DNA from: an uncultured Pseudomonadales bacterium | Lineage (GTDB): Bacteria; Patescibacteriota; Microgenomatia; UBA1400; PJMF01 | Reading direction: 5' to 3' | Length of the DNA: 64,000 nucleotides | NCBI GenBank assembly: GCA_964455555.1 | Contig: CAYVXV010000001.1 | Location: 149,096 to 213,095, forward strand | Notes under the pieces: generated by a model | What the model was told of the DNA's origin: nothing | What the model saw: the letters and a program-made list of their open reading frames with translations, nothing else | Database searches by the model: none | In this document: in pieces, positions 36,247-45,689 of the stretch | Layout of the letters: every line of letters begins with the position of its first letter | Numbering within the stretch: the stretch's first letter is position 1 | Position numbers and translations under genes: made by a program

Positions 36247-36591
36247 ATGCACATTGGTCAACTAATTATTTCAGCTGTTTACTCGCTCTCGCAAATAACC
36301 GGGGGTTTGTTGCTGCATCCTTACCAAACTATGCAGTCTCTAGTTAGGGACAAGGTCTTTGTTTGGATGACCTTGCTGCCAACAGGGGTTCTGGCACTTT
36401 TGACTTTGGCGTGGAAGTTGGCGGTGGTGCCGCTGGTCAGCCTTTTTTTTTCCTGCAACACAACCGGATTTATCGGCTGCCAGTGGCTAACCTTTATTTC
36501 CAACTGGATTACTTTCTTTTGCATTTATTGGCAGGTCCTGTTGTTTTATTTATTAATCCGCTTCTCCAAAATTTATTCATTTAACAATTAG
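36247..36591 (+). CDS. hypothetical polytopic membrane protein
   Basis: Three or four hydrophobic helices; 2-nt spacing to the upstream ORF. Confidence 0.3.
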   Translation: MHIGQLIISAVYSLSQITGGLLLHPYQTMQSLVRDKVFVWMTLLPTGVLALLTLAWKLAVVPLVSLFFSCNTTGFIGCQWLTFISNWITFFCIYWQVLLFYLLIRFSKIYSFNN

Positions 36592-36605
36592 TTCAGGATG
36601 TTTAT

Positions 36606-37238
36606 ATGGTTTCTGATGAAGTTGTTTTGGTAAGAAGTTCCGATGAGGTGCAGGGTGTTATGGATAAGCATCAAGCACATCGCCACCCAGCCCAGCTGCA
36701 CCGGGCCTCATCCGTGTGGTTGATTAATGATGCAGGTGAAATATTGCTTCAAAAACGTTCGGATAAAAAAATAGTCGGTGCTGGCTGGTGGGCCAACACT
36801 GTTTGCGGCAATCTAGTTGATGGAGAAAGCTATGAGCAGGGAGCTTTAAGGCGCTTGAAAGAAGAGCTTGGAATCGAAAATGTTCAACTGGAAGAATTGT
36901 ACAAGTTTTCCTATCGCGCATACTGCAATGGCGAATATGGTGAGCACGAGATTGACACTGTTTTTCTAGCCAGAGGCACTGCGGATTTTTATAAAAATGA
37001 AATAAAGCCAAATGCTGACGAGGTAGCTGAGATTGCCTGGGTGCAGGCCGAGGATTTAGCCCGCCAGCTAAAAGATGTGCCTTATGTTTTGCCGGCAGCA
37101 ACTCTAGAATTGAGTCTGGTTCAGTTGGCGGAACAAACTCCACCTATGAATGTTAAAATTGGCGGCAGGGCAGTTGGCCTGGCCCCATGGACGGTGATGA
37201 TGCTTCAAGATTCTCGGCTGCTTAATTCTTTATCTTAG
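36606..37238 (+). CDS. idi: isopentenyl-diphosphate delta-isomerase, type 1 (Nudix)
   Basis: 'SVWLINDAGEILLQKRSDKKIVGAGWWANTVCGNLVDGESYEQGALRRLKEELGI' contains the Nudix box and IDI-1 Cys/Glu. Confidence 0.85.
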   Translation: MVSDEVVLVRSSDEVQGVMDKHQAHRHPAQLHRASSVWLINDAGEILLQKRSDKKIVGAGWWANTVCGNLVDGESYEQGALRRLKEELGIENVQLEELYKFSYRAYCNGEYGEHEIDTVFLARGTADFYKNEIKPNADEVAEIAWVQAEDLARQLKDVPYVLPAATLELSLVQLAEQTPPMNVKIGGRAVGLAPWTVMMLQDSRLLNSLS

Positions 37239-37307
37239 AAAATAGTTAGTTTGCATGATTTTAGCCGTTTTTGCGACTAATATACTGCTTTAGTATCGGA
37301 CAAACCT

Positions 37308-38336
37308 ATGAAACACAACACCGTAACAGCTTCTGCACCCGGCAAACTGATGCTTGCTGGAAGCTATGCAGTGGTTCACGGCTATCCCGCAGTTGTAACT
37401 GCTGTTGATCAGCGTTTGTATGTAACCGTGACCAAAAATGGAGAGGATGTGTTCCAGCTTTCTGCTCCTGATTTGGGTTTGCATGCTTATTCAAAGACAA
37501 TTGATGATTTAGCCAGAAAAGAACTGCCCAAGGGAGTGCGGTTTATCGAGCACCTTTATAAGCGTTTTTTAGAGTTATACCCCCAGGATCATGGTATTGT
37601 AGTCACTTCCCGCAGTGATTTTTCTTCGTCTTTCGGATTTGGTTCCAGCAGTGCTGTGACGGTTGCCTTTGCTAAAGCTCTAATGACGCTTTATGAAATT
37701 GAAATGACCCCCAAAGAGCTTTTTGATTTTTGTTATCAGGTGATTTTGGATGTTCAGGGAGTGGGCTCAGGGTTTGACCTGGCTGCTGCAATTTGGGGCG
37801 GGACAATTTTTTATCAAAAGCCGGCCGCGGTTGTGGAACAAGTCCCTCTTGATTATGTAGAGATTGTAGTTGGCTACACTGGTATTAAGGCTGATACACC
37901 CACACTTATTCACATGGTTAATTCTAAGCTTAAAGAAAATCCGGAAAAAATTAAGCGCATTTTTAAACAAATCGGTTCTGTTTCCTCAACTTTAAGAGAG
38001 CATTTGATTCAAGGAAACCTTCAAAAGGCCGGCCAATGTTTAACTGAACACCAAAAGCATGTTGAACAGTTGGGGGTCAGTACCGCGATGCTAAACCTAA
38101 TGACCCGTCGTGCAGTTGAGGCTGGTGCCAACGGTGCCACCCTGTCAGGAGCAGGCGGCGGCGATTGCATGGTGGCCTTTGTTGAACCGCATACCAAGGC
38201 AGCAGTTCAAAACGCCATTGCCGCGGTTGGAGGCGAAGTAATTCCGATTTCCTGCGACCAGGAGGGTGTCAGGCTCGAAGCAACAAAGACTAGAATCAGC
38301 AAGCATGAAGAAATGTACATTTCAAGCTTCCAGTGA
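37308..38336 (+). CDS. GHMP-family kinase of the mevalonate pathway (mevalonate kinase or phosphomevalonate kinase)
   Basis: 'SAPGKLMLAGSYAVVHG' N-terminal motif and GHMP ATP-binding loop 'SSSFGFGSSSAVTVAFAKAL'; adjacent to mvaD. Confidence 0.8.
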   Translation: MKHNTVTASAPGKLMLAGSYAVVHGYPAVVTAVDQRLYVTVTKNGEDVFQLSAPDLGLHAYSKTIDDLARKELPKGVRFIEHLYKRFLELYPQDHGIVVTSRSDFSSSFGFGSSSAVTVAFAKALMTLYEIEMTPKELFDFCYQVILDVQGVGSGFDLAAAIWGGTIFYQKPAAVVEQVPLDYVEIVVGYTGIKADTPTLIHMVNSKLKENPEKIKRIFKQIGSVSSTLREHLIQGNLQKAGQCLTEHQKHVEQLGVSTAMLNLMTRRAVEAGANGATLSGAGGGDCMVAFVEPHTKAAVQNAIAAVGGEVIPISCDQEGVRLEATKTRISKHEEMYISSFQ

Positions 38337-39294
38337 TATAGCCCTAATTAAATATTGGGGAAAAAAAGATGCTCAAAACCGGCTGCCGGCCAACGGCAGT
38401 ATTTCTATGGTTCTTGAGGGATTGGATACTGTTACAACTGTTGAGTTCTCTCCATCCCTGGCTCAGGATATAGTTTTTCTAGATGGGGTTGAAGTAGTTG
38501 TCGGGAGCAGGGAGGCTGCCAGGGTGTCAAAACACTTGGATAGGATTCGTTCCCTGGAAAACACTGATTTAAAAGCCAAAGTTTACTCAAAAAATAATTT
38601 TCCTAAAAAAACTGGCCTGTCCAGCTCCAGCTCAGGTTTTGCGGCATTGACCCATGCTGCCTTGGGAGCTTTGGAAATAGAACTTTCAGAGAAGGAAATC
38701 AGTATTTTAGCCAGACAGGCTTCGGGCTCCGCTTGCAGAACGGTTTGCGGCGGTTTTGTTGAATGGTTTGCGGGCGACTCGCCGGAAACTTCATATTCAG
38801 AAACAATTGCTGAGCAAGGTCATTGGGATCTGCGGGACATTATTGCTGTTGTCGGCAGCGAGGAGAAAAGGGTTTCTTCAACCGGCGGACATGAATTGGC
38901 TCAAACCAGCAAATTTTTCTCAGTCAGGCAGCAGCATATTCAAGAAAAACTGGAGAAATGCAGGCAGTTTATCAGCGAGAGGTCTTTTAGCGAATTGGGG
39001 CAGTTGGCAGAAGCTGAGGCGCTTGAATTTCACAGCATAATTTTTACCAGCTCACCACCGCTGCTGTTTTGGCAGCCGGGTACAGTTGCGGTCATGAAAG
39101 AAGTGGAACAGTTGCGCTCTGAGGGCATTGAGTGCTACTTTACGCTCAATACAGGCTTCAATATTCATGTTATTGCCCTTCCGGAAAATGAAAAAATTGT
39201 CGCTGAAAGGATTCAGGCTTTGCCATTGGTTGAAGAAATACTGACTGCAAAAGTAGGCAGCAAGCCGAAAGAGCTGCCGGAACACTTATTTTAA
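38305..39294 (+). CDS. mvaD: diphosphomevalonate decarboxylase
   Basis: 'SSDIALIKYWGKKDAQNRLPANGSISMVLEGL' and GHMP loop 'TGLSSSSSGFAALTHAALGA'; start placed at second Met. Confidence 0.85.
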   Translation: MKKCTFQASSDIALIKYWGKKDAQNRLPANGSISMVLEGLDTVTTVEFSPSLAQDIVFLDGVEVVVGSREAARVSKHLDRIRSLENTDLKAKVYSKNNFPKKTGLSSSSSGFAALTHAALGALEIELSEKEISILARQASGSACRTVCGGFVEWFAGDSPETSYSETIAEQGHWDLRDIIAVVGSEEKRVSSTGGHELAQTSKFFSVRQQHIQEKLEKCRQFISERSFSELGQLAEAEALEFHSIIFTSSPPLLFWQPGTVAVMKEVEQLRSEGIECYFTLNTGFNIHVIALPENEKIVAERIQALPLVEEILTAKVGSKPKELPEHLF

Positions 39295-39301
39295 GGAAAT
39301 T

Positions 39302-40012
39302 ATGATTAAAGACACGACTCCACAGCACGTAGCAATCATTTGTGATGGCAACCGCCGCTGGGCAAGAGGCAAAGGCTTGCCGGTTTTTAAAGGCCATGAA
39401 TTTGCGGTCAAGAATACGATGGAGGAGTTAATTGATGCGGCTTCAGAAATTGGTATAGATTATCTGACCTTTTGGATCTTTAGTACGGAAAACTGGAATA
39501 GGGATAAGAAGGAAGTAGAAGGCTTAATGAATTTATTCCGCTACATGTTTGATAAGCAGTTGGAGCGGCTGCACAAGAAGAATTATAAAGTCAAGCTTAT
39601 CGGCAACCGAGCCGGTTTGGCAGATGACATTCAATCAAGAATTGAAAAAGGTGAGGAACTGACAAAAAATAACACCGGAATGACGGTGATTTTTGCCATG
39701 AACTACGGCGGCCATGATGAATTGGTTCGAGCCGTTAAGAAAATTACAGAAAAAGTCCAATCGGGAAAGCTAACTACTGATCAAATCACCGAGCAGTTGG
39801 TGGAAGCTCATCTCGACACTAATGGAACCCCAAGCCCTGATATGATCATCAGGCCCGGCGGCGAACAGCGGATGTCAGGTTTTATGTCCTGGCAAAATGC
39901 CTATTCAGAATATTTTTTCACAACTTTTGCTTTTCCGGAATTTACCAGGGATAAGCTTGTTGGTTTAGTGGATGAATTTAAACAGAGAAACAGGCGTTTT
40001 GGCGGGAATTGA
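39302..40012 (+). CDS. uppS: isoprenyl transferase / undecaprenyl-diphosphate synthase
   Basis: 'HVAIICDGNRRWARGKGLP...YLTFWIFSTENWNRDKKEV...RPGGEQRMSGFMSWQNAYSEYFF'. Confidence 0.9.
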   Translation: MIKDTTPQHVAIICDGNRRWARGKGLPVFKGHEFAVKNTMEELIDAASEIGIDYLTFWIFSTENWNRDKKEVEGLMNLFRYMFDKQLERLHKKNYKVKLIGNRAGLADDIQSRIEKGEELTKNNTGMTVIFAMNYGGHDELVRAVKKITEKVQSGKLTTDQITEQLVEAHLDTNGTPSPDMIIRPGGEQRMSGFMSWQNAYSEYFFTTFAFPEFTRDKLVGLVDEFKQRNRRFGGN

Positions 40013-40055
40013 GCTGAAATCAATCGGCGCGAAATCAGAGCGCCAGCGAATAAAG

Positions 40056-40589
40056 TTATAAAATCGCAACGCCAAAGATAGTTTCCAGAATCTGGAATAG
40101 CCAATAGGCAACAAATAAGAGAATGAACCCAACCACAGCTGCGCCGATGCGCTGTTTGCCGGCATCGACTGTTTTCTTGGTAGCAGAACCGGCTAAAACC
40201 TCAAACCCCCCCCAAATCAGCATGACAAATAGGACCAAGCCTGCCATTGGCAGCAAGAATGCCAGCAGCCTGGTAACAATGGCTCCCGGAGTAACCAGGT
40301 TCTCGCTTAAGCCGGATTCACCATAGCGTTTGAGCGGATTGAGTTCGTCAAAAGTTTCGTTGGACGGTCCTGCAACAACGTCAAAGCTGTCGTCAGTAGT
40401 GCCTGTCTGAGCTGTAGTTGGGCAACAGACATAGCCGCTGACGCATTGGTCGCTTCTGACTTTTCTATAATCAGCACCGCAGTTTAAGTTTTCTGGGGCA
40501 CAAATTCCTCCGGCACACATTTGTGCTGAAGCTTCCTTTGGCAGCATGACGAGGAGTGCAAATGATAAAAGTAGTACGATTTTTTTCAT
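40056..40589 (-). CDS. T4SS pilin-like paralogue P10 (Cys-rich ectodomain), unlinked from the main array
   Basis: Signal 'MKKIVLLLSFALLVMLPKEASAQ'; module 'LLPMAGLVLFVMLIWGGFEVLAGSATKKTVDAGKQRIGAAVVGFILLFVAYWLF'. Confidence 0.6.
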   Translation of the reverse strand: MKKIVLLLSFALLVMLPKEASAQMCAGGICAPENLNCGADYRKVRSDQCVSGYVCCPTTAQTGTTDDSFDVVAGPSNETFDELNPLKRYGESGLSENLVTPGAIVTRLLAFLLPMAGLVLFVMLIWGGFEVLAGSATKKTVDAGKQRIGAAVVGFILLFVAYWLFQILETIFGVAIL

Positions 40590-40591
40590 TC

Positions 40592-41914
40592 TTAGCCTCC
40601 AAATCCTGGTATTTGCAAGACTGAGTAACCGATAAATTGCAGAATGGCTACAGAGAAGATTATAAAGATAAGCCCGGTAACTGCTGCTACCAGCATTTCT
40701 TTGGCTTCACCAGTGCGTTTGGGATCGCCTGCTGAGACACTGATGATAAACCCGGAGCCAAGGATCATGAGTAGAGAAATGCCTCCGCCCATGGTAAGTC
40801 CAAGTCTGATGAATGTGCCGATAATGTCTTTGGGCGAGCGGTTTATGCAGCCGACTGCTGTCCAAACACCAGCCCGGCCTTCTTCACCTTCATCGCCGCC
40901 TTCGCCTCCGCTTGCACATTTCAAGCAATTGTCTTTGGCCTGAGAACCTTCCGGTAATTGATCACAAAGATAATAAGGCGTGCTCCCGCCGTCCTCAGTC
41001 GAGGTAGTAATCGAGGTAGATGAGGTGTTGCATTGGTCAGCACTGCAGCCGTCTTTTGTAGAAACACCTTTTAACTCGCAGCCGGCAAAGTCTGTTGTCC
41101 GCGGTAATGATTGCGAATTATAAGCCATCATTTTGAAATCATATTTAGCATCCCGGGCCGCACTATTTAAAGTGATGGTTGTATTTACTACACCATTAAC
41201 TGAGTCAGCATGAACGTTGGCCTCACCTCCTAGCCCCGCTTGCTTTATGTCGATTTCTACCCGGCCGTTATAGGGGTTGCCTGCATGCTTCAGACCGCTA
41301 ACTGATAAAGTAATGGGATTGCTACTTCCATGTGCCAGACAGGAATTTCCGGTGTAGTAGCAGGTATTGCCGCTGTTTTGTTGTGAGATTGTCCAGTTGC
41401 ATGGTCCTGAATATTGATCGCTTGAAGTGTTGTATGTGCCGAGTTCACACTCATTTGCAAATGAGCCCAACAGTGCTTTTCGTACTAAGACTACATAATT
41501 TTTATTGTCACCGCTGGTTGGAACAAGCGCACCCATGTCTTTGATGGTGAAGGTGGCTACATAGTTTGTTACCTTAACACAAGCTGAGTTGTTGGGTTGG
41601 CACAACTCGCTAACATTGCCGCCGGCGTCGAGCCTAAAACTGGGGCTTTTGACTAAGCTAGTGGAATATGCATCTAGAACTTTGGCAGCAAAGACCTCAA
41701 GGTGGTAGTCTCGGCTGGTGTCGAATCCTTGGCTCATGTTTATAGTAACCACATGATTGGCACCGGCCGTATAGGCTGGCAAGGTTATTCCTGTTCCGGT
41801 TACATTTGAATATGCCGGACAAGCGCTGGCTGCAAAGACAGGTGTGGGGGAAAGCACTAAACCACTAATAGCAACAAAGGTGACTACCAGCAGAATCAAG
41901 AGCGCTTTTTTCAT
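40592..41914 (-). CDS. large pilin-like protein P11: ~330-aa Cys-rich secreted ectodomain fused to the C-terminal VirB2-like two-helix module
   Basis: Signal 'MKKALLILLVVTFVAISGLVLSPTPVFAAS'; C-terminus 'GGGISLLMILGSGFIISVSAGDPKRTGEAKEMLVAAVTGLIFIIFSVAILQFIGY'; ~20 Cys in ectodomain; Gly/Glu-rich linker. Confidence 0.55.
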   Translation of the reverse strand: MKKALLILLVVTFVAISGLVLSPTPVFAASACPAYSNVTGTGITLPAYTAGANHVVTINMSQGFDTSRDYHLEVFAAKVLDAYSTSLVKSPSFRLDAGGNVSELCQPNNSACVKVTNYVATFTIKDMGALVPTSGDNKNYVVLVRKALLGSFANECELGTYNTSSDQYSGPCNWTISQQNSGNTCYYTGNSCLAHGSSNPITLSVSGLKHAGNPYNGRVEIDIKQAGLGGEANVHADSVNGVVNTTITLNSAARDAKYDFKMMAYNSQSLPRTTDFAGCELKGVSTKDGCSADQCNTSSTSITTSTEDGGSTPYYLCDQLPEGSQAKDNCLKCASGGEGGDEGEEGRAGVWTAVGCINRSPKDIIGTFIRLGLTMGGGISLLMILGSGFIISVSAGDPKRTGEAKEMLVAAVTGLIFIIFSVAILQFIGYSVLQIPGFGG

Positions 41915-42058
41915 GAATTAATTTTCTTATCAATAGTAACCGGACAGTATCGATATTGTAACCTACGCGTAATTTTAATGCTACAATCGTCTGGAGGAAC
42001 GGGTACAATGTGAGGTGGTATAGTACAGTGGCCTTTACTTAGCCACCAGCCAAGAATT

Positions 42059-43798
42059 ATGTTCTGCCCAGATAAAATTTTTACCATTTTTTCAAGCAAA
42101 ATATTATATTTGCTGGGTTTGCTGTTAGTTGTCTTTGTTGTGGGGGCGCTCAGCCCCGGCAAATATATTCTGGCGGACGAAGTAAAAGAACTGCAAAAAC
42201 AAATTGACGACCTGGAACACCTAAAAAAACTTTCAGAAGATGCCACCACTCCACTTGAGGCAGAGGTGGCCAGCCTTGACCAAAAAATCCAAAATGCCAG
42301 AGCTGGCATTGTTAGGGCCAGGCAGCAGAGCGCTGAGCTGGCCATAGAGATTGAAAAACGCGAAGCGGAAATGTCCTACCAGTACACCATTCTTTCTAAG
42401 CGGATTGCCGAGCAGTATAAAAAAGCCCGGACTTTTTCTCCGCTTTTAATGCTGCTTTCCAGCAATGATGCCAAAGAGCTTACAAAAGATTTGGCCTATC
42501 GAAGCTCAGTCAAGGCTCAAGACAACAGGATGATTCATGCACTTAGTGAAGACATAGCCAACTTGGAGAGAGATAAAAGGACGCTTGAAGAAAATCAAGT
42601 TACGCTAGCCAGATTGGAAAGACAACTCGATGAGCAGGCAGCGTTCTTTAAGGGGGAAATTGCTAAGGCTAGGGATTATCAAAAGGATTTGACAGGAAAA
42701 ATTGCCGAGCTGTCCGCCCGCCAGCAGGAAATTATTAATGCCAGGAGCGGCGGCTTTACCGTGAGCGGAGACAGTGAGTTGGCAGATGATCGCCTGGCTT
42801 CTATTGTGGGTTTTCGCGAGTCTGCTCCAGGCGGTTATTTTGCTGTATTTTCTTTTGGAGCATATACACACCGCAATGGCATGAGCCAATATGGGGCCTT
42901 AGGCAGAGCTAAGAGCGGCCAAAATTATGAGCAGATACTTAAGGCTTATTATCCCAATACTTCTATCAAAAAAGATTACAGCGCAATGAGTCAAATCAGT
43001 GTGGATGGCCATGGATCCGGTTCGTTTGAGGATTGGTACCTGATGAGAATCTACGAAGTTCCTGCCAGCTGGCCAGCCGACGTGCTCAGGGCACAGGCAA
43101 TCGCAGCCAGGACATATGCTATCCGCTACACCAACAATGGCCAGAAATCGATTTGCGCTACTGAGAAGTGCCAAGTTTTCAAAGACTCACCAAAAGGAGG
43201 GGCTTGGGAGCAAGCCGTTAAGGATACCAAAGGAATGGTATTGGTTGATGGGGGCGGAAGCCCTGTGTCCACTCAGTATGCTTCGACTCACGGAGGCTTT
43301 ACCAATACATCCGGTTGGGATACCACCGATGGTTCCGGCGGCTCGAATTTTATGGATAAAGCCTATGACAAAATTGGCGGCTCTCCTTGGCTATACAAAG
43401 CTTGGTGGAGAGAGGGTTACAGTAGCGGCGGCAATACCTGCGGCCGATCCAACCCATGGTTAAGCCCGGAAGAAATGGCGGATATAGTCAATGCCCACTT
43501 GGTTTTGTCCAAGGGTTCGTCCAGTGAGGCAGAGCGGATTAGCCCAGTGACGACTTCATGCTGGGGAGGTAATCCTTACAGCCATGGGGAGTTAAGAGAC
43601 GTAGCTCAAAAATACGGGGGAATTTCTTCCGCCAATAGTGTTTCGGTCACCCAGGGAAATGGCACAACTTCCAAGGTGACTATCAACGGCGTTAGTATGA
43701 GCGGCAGTGAGTTTAAAAAAGCCTACAACCTAAGGGCGCCGGGAAATCTCCGTATTCCTCAGAGCAGTTTTGCCTTCTTCAACGTTGAGCGGAAGTAG
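42059..43798 (+). CDS. SpoIID/LytB-domain protein with N-terminal TM and ~200-aa coiled-coil region (EnvC-like coiled coil)
   Basis: 'VLRAQAIAARTYAIRYTNNGQKSICATEKCQVFKD...KGMVLVDGGGSPVSTQYASTHGGFT' matches SpoIID/LytB conserved blocks. Confidence 0.8.
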   Translation: MFCPDKIFTIFSSKILYLLGLLLVVFVVGALSPGKYILADEVKELQKQIDDLEHLKKLSEDATTPLEAEVASLDQKIQNARAGIVRARQQSAELAIEIEKREAEMSYQYTILSKRIAEQYKKARTFSPLLMLLSSNDAKELTKDLAYRSSVKAQDNRMIHALSEDIANLERDKRTLEENQVTLARLERQLDEQAAFFKGEIAKARDYQKDLTGKIAELSARQQEIINARSGGFTVSGDSELADDRLASIVGFRESAPGGYFAVFSFGAYTHRNGMSQYGALGRAKSGQNYEQILKAYYPNTSIKKDYSAMSQISVDGHGSGSFEDWYLMRIYEVPASWPADVLRAQAIAARTYAIRYTNNGQKSICATEKCQVFKDSPKGGAWEQAVKDTKGMVLVDGGGSPVSTQYASTHGGFTNTSGWDTTDGSGGSNFMDKAYDKIGGSPWLYKAWWREGYSSGGNTCGRSNPWLSPEEMADIVNAHLVLSKGSSSEAERISPVTTSCWGGNPYSHGELRDVAQKYGGISSANSVSVTQGNGTTSKVTINGVSMSGSEFKKAYNLRAPGNLRIPQSSFAFFNVERK

Positions 43799-43828
43799 TT
43801 TGCCGGGTGAAAGAAAGTTTCCGGCAAA

Positions 43829-44491
43829 TCAAGCTAATAAGCCCAACAGATAGGCTTCAAAAAGGTGTTGAACCAAGGTGTCTTTCTTTTCAACCGGCAG
43901 CATGCCAGGAATTTCAAAAACATAACCGCGTTGGATTAAGCCATTGTCCAGGGCATAATCAGTAAACATGCCGCTATTAGGGCTAACTTTTACCTCAGCG
44001 CTATAGTAACCATCAACAATCTTGTTTCCCAAGACGGGGTCGCTCGGGTCATCAATTCCGTTGTAGAGCTCGACCCCTGCAGCCTCAACCATTTGCTGCA
44101 GAACCAGCCGATTGGGCTTTTTCATTTCGTGGCTGTCATAAAAATAAAACTCGGTGCGTTCATAGTCCTCATGAAAATTCAGGCAGAGATCAAAATTGTG
44201 GTTCGCTAAAATTTGCCGGTTGGCAATGATTTCCGGTTCATTGCTTTGGCTGGTAAACAGCCGGTTAAGATCCTGACCAGCCTGATTGTGGCGCGTCTTT
44301 TGCGCCACTGCTGACGGACTGATCTCAGGTATAAAAAGATAACTACCTAAGTCTTGATTGTAGCGCTCAATATTTTTGTAAATACTGCCGATAACCTCAT
44401 GCTCATCCCCGTGAGTGCCCGAGATTATTAGCAGTTTTGGAGATTCCCCTTGCTGGATATAAGGCACGCTGCCTATTTGACCGGAAAACAT
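43829..44491 (-). CDS. M14/AstE-AspA-family zinc carboxypeptidase-like protein (possible murein peptide carboxypeptidase)
   Basis: 'KLLIISGTHGDEHEVIGSIY' zinc-binding HxxE motif and short length. Confidence 0.5.
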   Translation of the reverse strand: MFSGQIGSVPYIQQGESPKLLIISGTHGDEHEVIGSIYKNIERYNQDLGSYLFIPEISPSAVAQKTRHNQAGQDLNRLFTSQSNEPEIIANRQILANHNFDLCLNFHEDYERTEFYFYDSHEMKKPNRLVLQQMVEAAGVELYNGIDDPSDPVLGNKIVDGYYSAEVKVSPNSGMFTDYALDNGLIQRGYVFEIPGMLPVEKKDTLVQHLFEAYLLGLLA

Positions 44492-44575
44492 TTACGGCAT
44501 TATGCACTATGGCCATAAAAAAATGCAACAGTTTGATTTGGTGTTTCCCTCGGGCTGTCATACAATACCACCAGA

Positions 44576-45676
44576 ATGAAAATTAGCGGTTTAGCTCTGC
44601 AAAATGTTAGAGGGCACAGCTCTCTAGTTCTTAAGTTTCCGGAAATGGCTACGGTAATTGTCGGCCCAAATGCCAGTGGTAAGACAACAATCATCGAAGC
44701 ACTTTCTCTTTTGGCAACCGGAGAGAGTTTCAGGGCTGGAAAAATTGAAGAAATGATCAATTTTGATGCTGAGCTGGGCAGGATAAAAGCTGTGGTTGCT
44801 GACTTGAGGGACAGTGAGTCCGGCAAAGATGAAATTGAGGCTGTTTTAACCAATGGAGAAGTGCAAGGCAAAAGAACAGCCAAGCGGCTGTTCTCAGTTA
44901 ATGGAATCAGGCGCCGTAAAAAAGACGCCATCGGGAAGTTTTACGCCGTGGTTTTCCGTCCGGAGGATATGCGTTTGATTGAAGGTTCTCCGGGGAGGCG
45001 GCGCAACTTTTTAGACGCGCCGCTGCTGGCGCTTCATCATGAGTATGCCCGCTCAGCCAAGGAGTATGATCAAGTGCTGCGCCGCCGCAATAAACTTCTG
45101 CTGCAGGTTCGGGAAGGCGAGCAGCCCAGGACTTCGCTGCAATATTGGAACTTGTCGTTGGTTAAACATGGCGAAATTGTTCAACGTTACCGGCGCCAGT
45201 TTTTGCAAACTTTCCGCGAAGTCAGTTTCCCTTTGGATTTTTTGATTGAGTACAAACCTTCAGTGATTTCGGAAAGCAGGATTGGCCAGTATTTAGACCG
45301 GGAAATTGCTGTTGGTCACACTCTGGTAGGCCCGCACAAAGATGATTTCGTGGTCACGCTGCCCATAAATTCGGATTTCCGTGACATTGCCGTTTATGGT
45401 TCGCGCGGCCAGCAGCGGCTGGCTGTTTTATGGCTTAAGTTTTGTGAAATTGAGTATGCGTCGGCTCAGTTAAACGAAAAACCCCTGCTGCTTTTGGACG
45501 ATATTCTGTCTGAATTAGACAACGACAGCCGTAAATTAGCGTTGGCGGTAGTACCTGAGTATCAGACAATAATAACCACCACCCAACGCCAGGTCGTTAA
45601 AAATATTGCCAAGAAAATTTCTCCAGCTCAGCTGCTGGAGTTTCAAGATGGCAAACTCACCGGCTTTAAAGGATAA
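44576..45676 (+). CDS. recF: DNA replication and repair protein RecF
   Basis: 'MKISGLALQNVRGHSSLVLKFPEMATVIVGPNASGKTTIIEAL' Walker A; 'YGSRGQQRLAVLWLKF' signature; 'LLLDDILSELD' Walker B. Confidence 0.9.
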   Translation: MKISGLALQNVRGHSSLVLKFPEMATVIVGPNASGKTTIIEALSLLATGESFRAGKIEEMINFDAELGRIKAVVADLRDSESGKDEIEAVLTNGEVQGKRTAKRLFSVNGIRRRKKDAIGKFYAVVFRPEDMRLIEGSPGRRRNFLDAPLLALHHEYARSAKEYDQVLRRRNKLLLQVREGEQPRTSLQYWNLSLVKHGEIVQRYRRQFLQTFREVSFPLDFLIEYKPSVISESRIGQYLDREIAVGHTLVGPHKDDFVVTLPINSDFRDIAVYGSRGQQRLAVLWLKFCEIEYASAQLNEKPLLLLDDILSELDNDSRKLALAVVPEYQTIITTTQRQVVKNIAKKISPAQLLEFQDGKLTGFKG

Positions 45677-45689
45677 TCGGAGTGCCAAA

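Noticed and set aside
41911-42345. 144-aa minus-strand ORF
   Set aside because: Overlaps the promoter and 5' end of the SpoIID/LytB gene on the opposite strand and has no motifs. Likely spurious.
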